From Monocercomonoides exilis PA203 (lineage: Eukaryota > Protista > Preaxostyla): 64,000 nucleotides of DNA. A program made the position numbers and the translations under genes. The notes under the pieces were generated by a model, which did no database searches, was not told where the DNA came from, and saw only the letters and a list, made by a program, of their open reading frames with translations. Each line of letters opens with the position of its first letter. Position 1 is the first letter of the stretch. Of this stretch, positions 58,400 through 64,000 are shown in pieces. Location: contig LSRY02000048.1 in NCBI GenBank assembly GCA_001643675.2, positions 496,001-560,000 of the forward strand, written 5' to 3'.

Positions 58400-61300
58400 T
58401 TCCAAAAAAATCTGACAGCAGCTTACAGGATACGATCCATCCTGTGCCTGCTGCGATCTTATCTCAGAATATCACTCAGATCTTCAACAGCGATCACACC
58501 AGAAGCGAGTGAAAACCTATCTTCTGTGGCTTCAGTAATCGCTGCATCTTCATTGATGGCTTCAATGTGAGCTTTATCCGAAGCATATGTTCCATTTTGA
58601 AATCCTCTTGTTCCAGCAACTTAGAAAATGTGCTCATCAACCGCTCCATCGCTGGAGATCACACTGGCACAGGCAAACCAACAGATCCAGATAACACTTC
58701 CCCCTTTCTCCCGGTATCTTCTCAAGCCACTCCGACCCTTCTCTGTCTACGCTGTCTGTCGTTTGCTTAAGATGCATGCACAACAGCTGAGCAACAGTCA
58801 CCTTCCCTTCAACTTCCCTTTTCTTTTCTCCTGTTTGAATTCCCGGAGACATACTGTCATCATGATCTCTCTCTTCGGACCGTCATTCATTGACACCAAA
58901 ATCCTCCTCTGCATCCTCCTATACTCCGCCTCAACTTCTGTTCCTCGTCCTCTTTATCCTCGCTCCATCACTCCATATCGCTCCTTTCTCCTCTGTCCTT
59001 CCTTCACTTCCCCTTTCAGATTTTCCACTCCGCATCTTCTCTTCCAGCTCCTTCACCTTCACAACCAGCCACTCCACTTACACTTCAAATGCAACCTACA
59101 TTTTCTTTTGCTCTTGTTTTTTTGCGCAAGTGCCATCTACTGTTTCCCAATCACCTCATTGAATATCTCTTTCTTCTGGCTTTTCGTCTGCAGCTGCATT
59201 TTCGATTGCACAATCAGTTTCTTCGTTTTCTTCAACATCTTGTTCGTCATCATCTTCTTCACTTGTATCTTCTCTTCCACATCAGCCAGACCTCTCTCCT
59301 CCACAACTGTTAGCTTTTCTCACAACACACACAAAGTTCCACACTTTCGCAATAAATCTCTTTCCATGGGGTTGGACAAAAACATCGCAACGCAGCCATC
59401 GCCACTGCTTGCTGCAAATCATTCATCGTACTTTTCTCATAGTCCAGAAGGCAAAATCAACAAAGTCGAAGACAAAACCTTTCCGAAACCCTAATATGCA
59501 AACAAAGAAAGCTTGGGAAGCTTCGTTCCCAACCGTCCAGCGAACTCTCGGTGTCCACACTCACCAACACACACAACTGCGTCTTCCACTTCTTCTCCTT
59601 CTCAATCTCAACATCTATAAAATCGACCTTCTCCTTCATTGCAACAAGTTTCTCATTCAGCTCCTTCACTTCTGCGATATCCTTCTTGCTCATCTTCAAA
59701 ATCTTCCTCTCCCGCATCCGGATGATCTTGTCCTTCTCCTGCAGACGCTCTGCCAGCTCGTTCGTATGCTTTGTTATCCGTTTATTATTTCAAATCTTCT
59801 GAAGCAGCATATTTAACTCCAAATACCTCTTATTCATCTACGACTTTGCTTCTTCATGGTTTTTCTAAACTTCAATTCATCCTCCGCATTATTTTCCTTC
59901 GTCTTCTTCTTCTTCTTCTTCCTTCCTCTGCCCCTTCTCGCTCTTCCAGCACCACAAGTGCAATGGCTGCTGGAGGCAGAACTGCATCCTCCATTCACAT
60001 TCCAACCATCCACAGCCCTTTTTCCATTATTTCACACACTTTGTGCCCTGCAACACCTCTCCCCATCACTTCGTCATCCAGCTTCACCACCACACGCCTC
60101 GACTGCAACGATCGCCATATTTGCAGCGACATGTCAAACAGACCGTAGATCAACGAGAAAGCATTCACGTCTGGTGCTGCAAAGATCCGCTTGCTCCTCG
60201 ACTTCGTGCCCACCGACGCTGCAAGCGACGGAAGCTGCACCACCAGCGTAACCGAAAGCATAGCCAAAAGTGCGACAATCCAGGCTCAAGCAACACCTCC
60301 ACACATCACCCCCAACAGCGCGACAATATATAACCGCACAGTCTGTTGCTCCCTCAGTTTCGAAATCTTTTGATTTTCAAACACTCCAGCCGCCTCTCGA
60401 TATCGTCCATCGCTCCTGCCGAATTGTGTGATGCTGCTGCCACAGAGTTATCCGAAGGGTCAATCGCAGGTGCTGATGATGACTGCTCATTCTCTGAAGA
60501 TTTCTTCTCTTCGCTTCTCCGCCTCCGAAATGGCGAAGTTGATCGGCGTGCTGCTCCAGTTGAAGATAACGAAGAAGATGAAGGCACAAAGCAAAAAGAT
60601 GACAACTGCACTTCGACAGCAACAAGAAACTTTTTCGGATACCACACCACGTCTACCTCCAGTCCCACAAGCGAAACAAGCACAACGTCCACATTCGGAT
60701 CAGAATGATCGACTGATTGCGAAAGCTCATAGTTTTCAAGTTGAAAAAAAAGATGAAACAGGATCACTTCAAGGGATACGTTGAAATGAGAAGCGGAAGA
60801 AGAATTTGGAGATGAGGTTAATGGCTAAATTGAATCTGGATAAAACATTTTCTTTGGTGAAATGTCAATGCTCTTTACAAGCTTTAGATAAAATTAACTT
60901 ATGCGTGCCTATTGAATGCCTGATTCGTTCGTTCCAGCCGAGTGATGACTGATGAATGTGAACATGCTTGCTCTGCTTGACAATGTCCCACTCTTCGCAT
61001 TGCTATCTCTGCAACTCAAGACATTTCTCCTCCCGCTCGGTTTGAATCTTTTCCAGCATTTGCAAGAACCAATGTTTTGTTAGAAACGTCTTTTATCTTC
61101 TTTGAATGACTTTCGCTCCTTTTCATTTCGATGATTCTCGATGATATCGGTACTTTGCCAGCCACGTCCGCACCACTGACTGAATGGCAGTGGCTGCTTT
61201 GTCTTCTCTCTTTCCTTGTTTCAAGCGCTGCCCAAGCTGCCTCAGACACTCCATCATCATCTTGATGTTCACAATGTAGCTCAACTTTTGCTCTTCTTTC

Positions 61301-62120
61301 AGATGTGCATTTTCAGTGTGAGTGGAACGATGTGTTTCAGAAGACGATTGAAGTTGAGAAAAAGCAGATGAAGGAGAAGAATCAGATGAAGGTGAGGAAG
61401 CAGATGAAGTGACTATGGCATGGAAGAAGAAGAAAAAGAAGAAGAAGTCAAGGCATTTAGCGATGAAGTCACATTCAATTCGCTGATAGTAAATTCAGAA
61501 AGCTTCTTTCCATCAACAAACAGAATGTTCAAGGCATTGTCTTCTTGCACAGTCCTCGAATTTGATAAGTTCTTCCTTTATTCTCGTCCAGCAATATTTG
61601 CGTATGTGCGAGCAAATGGTTCGAATTCTAGGGTGTTAACAACAATTCGAATCTTTTTCATTGCAATGAAATGCCAAAAGAATTCATCCACAAGAGCCAA
61701 ATGACTAAACTTTCTGAGAAGGTTCTTTCTCCGTTGGAGATGACTCTTCTTGACTCTTTGTTCATTCATTATCTTATAGAAACTTTTCTTTCAGTTCCCA
61801 AATAATGATGTGAATTTTCATATGAAACAAATTTTGATGAAACTTCAGGTTGATGAAAATGAGTGGATGATGTTGAAGAAGGCCTCTCGGTTCTTTTATT
61901 TATAATTTCTTCATATAAATCGTTGTTGTGCACATCTTCTTTATGAAATAAACTTACAGCAATGAAAGTTTTAGACTTTCTAATATCTTCTTCGTTCACT
62001 GATTGTGGTTGATATTGAAAATGGTTATTGTTTGTTTTTTTGATAGCCCAGCTAGCCTTCGTTTCCTCTTTTCGTATTTTTGCGACTGTTTTGCTGTGAA
62101 GATTATCTTGTTCCAACAAT
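58400..62120 (-). pseudogene. Cargo inside the pogo element: fragmented minus-strand coding sequence of unknown family
   Basis: Chain of broken minus-strand ORFs (61769-62119, 61578-61769, 61016-61249, 60354-60767, 59995-60267, 59457-59717, 58637-58852) with GC content above the flanks. A homologous segment lies at 26.6-26.8 kb. Confidence 0.65.
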
Positions 62121-63734
62121 TAAGTTGCCTTCCATGAATCAAACGGTTGATTTTGACAGATACAGAAATATTAACATTCCATGTGGATTCACGTCTGTAG
62201 AGTTTTTCAGATTATCAGATTTCATAAATATTGCTTTGAATAATTCAATGTTTCACCAAAATAATGGAAAGAAATGTGCTTTCACTGATAAAGTTAAATC
62301 CAAAAAAATGATCGTTAAAAATTGGTTAGAAACCGCACTTTTTGAATTTAGCACACATTTGATTCACATTTTGTTTGATTTTTGAGCAACAAATAAAACC
62401 ATAGAATCATTAAAAATATCTTAACAAAAATATAATGGGTACGGTCAGATCAAAAAAGATCGGTTATAATCAAGTTCGGTTATTATCACAAAAAATCGTG
62501 CAAAATCGAATGTGATTATAACCGAACTTCACTGTATAATAATTAAGTGAAAATAAAAATATCATTTTTTCATCCAATTTTCATTCCATCTCACAAATTT
62601 TCGCTGGAATGGAATGAAAATCTTAACAATGTTATCATTTCCATTTTTGTGAAGTTCAATAAGAAAAACAAAAATTTGATCAAAGATGAAAATTATTTTT
62701 TTTTTGCAAAATAAACAAACTCAACTTTTCTTTAAAGAATTTTACCATTTCTATTTCGTTTAAGTTTTTTAAATGATCGTCACAGTTGAGTGCATTCGTT
62801 TCATTTTCCGATGTGAAATAAAAATAAGTTATTAATCAAAATTTTTAAACTTTGGTCTTTGGTTTTTTTGTCTGTCGTTTCATCAAAAATGAATTATCTC
62901 AAATTTTCACTTCGATTTTCGTCCATGCAAAATTATGTTTTAATCTGTTTTTCAAGTCAGAAAGAAATCCATGTTCAAATGAAAATTTTCAGATGGATAA
63001 ATTCGTTGTGAATCTCAGATGAAAACATGTGTGACTTTATGACAATCGACAGACAAAATATTTTTTCTGACGGGCTAAGATACAATTTTCACGAATGAAT
63101 CTGAATTATGAAAACATTAATTTTTCAATGCAAATATTAAAAAATTTAATTCTAATAAGCTAAGAATAAAAATACGTTTTTCAACAAATACACCACAAAT
63201 AATTCTAATTCAAAATAAAATAATTCAATTTCGAAAATAATATTTGACAGTATATGGGTGATTTTTTTTGATATCATAAAAAAAGATCAAAAATCGAAAA
63301 AATAAAATTTATAGTGGTATTTATTGATCAAAGAGAAAAATTGATTTTTTGCAAGTATTTAACTTTTAATTCTGTAATATATGTTTGATTTATTGTTATA
63401 TTTAAAAAAAAACATACCTTTTTTCATTAAAAAGAATTTTTTGATCAAGTTTCAAAAAAAATTGAAAAACCAATATTTAAAAGGAAAATAGATATTTCTA
63501 AACTGGAAAAACAAAACATTGAGAAGAAAAAATTTGTAAAGAAGAACAGAAAAGAAGATAAGAAAACAAAATTATGAAACCAATTTATAAATAATAGTTA
63601 TTTCTCTTTTTTCTTTTCGTCTTTGAATAGCTAACAAATTTCCTTTCCTTTTATTCGTTTCAGCAGCTTCATCAAACATAAACAGAAGAATTGGATAATT
63701 TGATTAAGCAGAGCTCAACAGCTGGCTCCTCCTC

Positions 63735-63950
63735 ATCGTTTTGAATAAAATTGTTATCCTCAATGGAATTGATGCTGATGCCTGTGGCAGACTCCAACAG
63801 ATCCCATGCGCAACCATCGAGCATGCCCTCAACGGCTTCATTTCCCTCCTCCAAGACGCTTCCCTCACCCTCCTCACATCAACATTTGTTCCTCTTCAAA
63901 CACTCACTTTCAGCGCGGTTGACACCATAATCACAGGAAATGATGAGCTT
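63735..63950 (+). pseudogene. Short fragment of the expanded surface-protein family (CG..PC.TI module)
   Basis: VILNGIDADACGRLQQIPCATIEHALN resembles GGGEEELCGLDESSACRTI (15.85 kb) and GGKDIKKCGTAKDLCYSIEYG (28.05 kb). Confidence 0.6.
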
Positions 63951-64000
63951 TTTCCGATTTAATTAAAATTTCTTCCATTTTCCATATCATTGAAAAATTC

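Larger units (their letters stand above)
56228..62534 (+). mobile_element. pogo/Tigger-family DNA transposon, 6307 bp, carrying ~4 kb of cargo
   Basis: 23-bp TIRs: CAGTAAAGTTCGGTTATAATCAC (56228-56250) and its inverted copy at 62512-62534 (1 mismatch). TA at both flanks (56226-56227, 62535-62536). Subterminal CGGTTATAATCA/CGGTTATTATCA repeats at both ends. Confidence 0.93.

Noticed and set aside
58628-59494. 288-aa plus-strand ORF and other plus-strand ORFs inside the pogo cargo
   Set aside because: The F/L/S-rich composition is the antisense shadow of purine-rich, decayed minus-strand coding sequence.

Overview
This is eukaryotic, AT-rich, intron-containing DNA in the standard genetic code. 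The gene families, short GT-AG introns and microsatellite-filled introns suggest an oxymonad such as Monocercomonoides; this is an inference. The window has three zones. (1) 1-30 kb is an accessory zone. It holds a decayed pogo transposase, a 3.5-kb non-autonomous element with 470-bp terminal inverted repeats (TIRs) and an 8-bp target-site duplication (TSD) around a host gene-family fragment, a Merlin (IS1595/ISXO2-like) transposon, and pseudogenes of a GG-repeat beta-helix-like family. It also holds an intact spliced gene (~1099 aa) in which a complete USP/C19 deubiquitinase domain sits inside a Sola-like DDD transposase, directly followed by a ubiquitin-like IRGG|M motif. (2) 30.2-55.1 kb is a compact host-gene block: a MARCH-type RING-CH E3, XPO7, a short COMMD2, ZC3H15/TMA46, VPS18, PPAN/SSF1 and a secreted V8-like serine protease. 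Two gene pairs are head-to-head with only 127 bp and 51 bp between start codons. (3) 55.9-64 kb holds a 6.3-kb TA-flanked pogo/Tigger element with an inactivated transposase and ~4 kb of cargo. The best candidate for a new system is the USP-containing, possibly self-processing Sola-like transposase.
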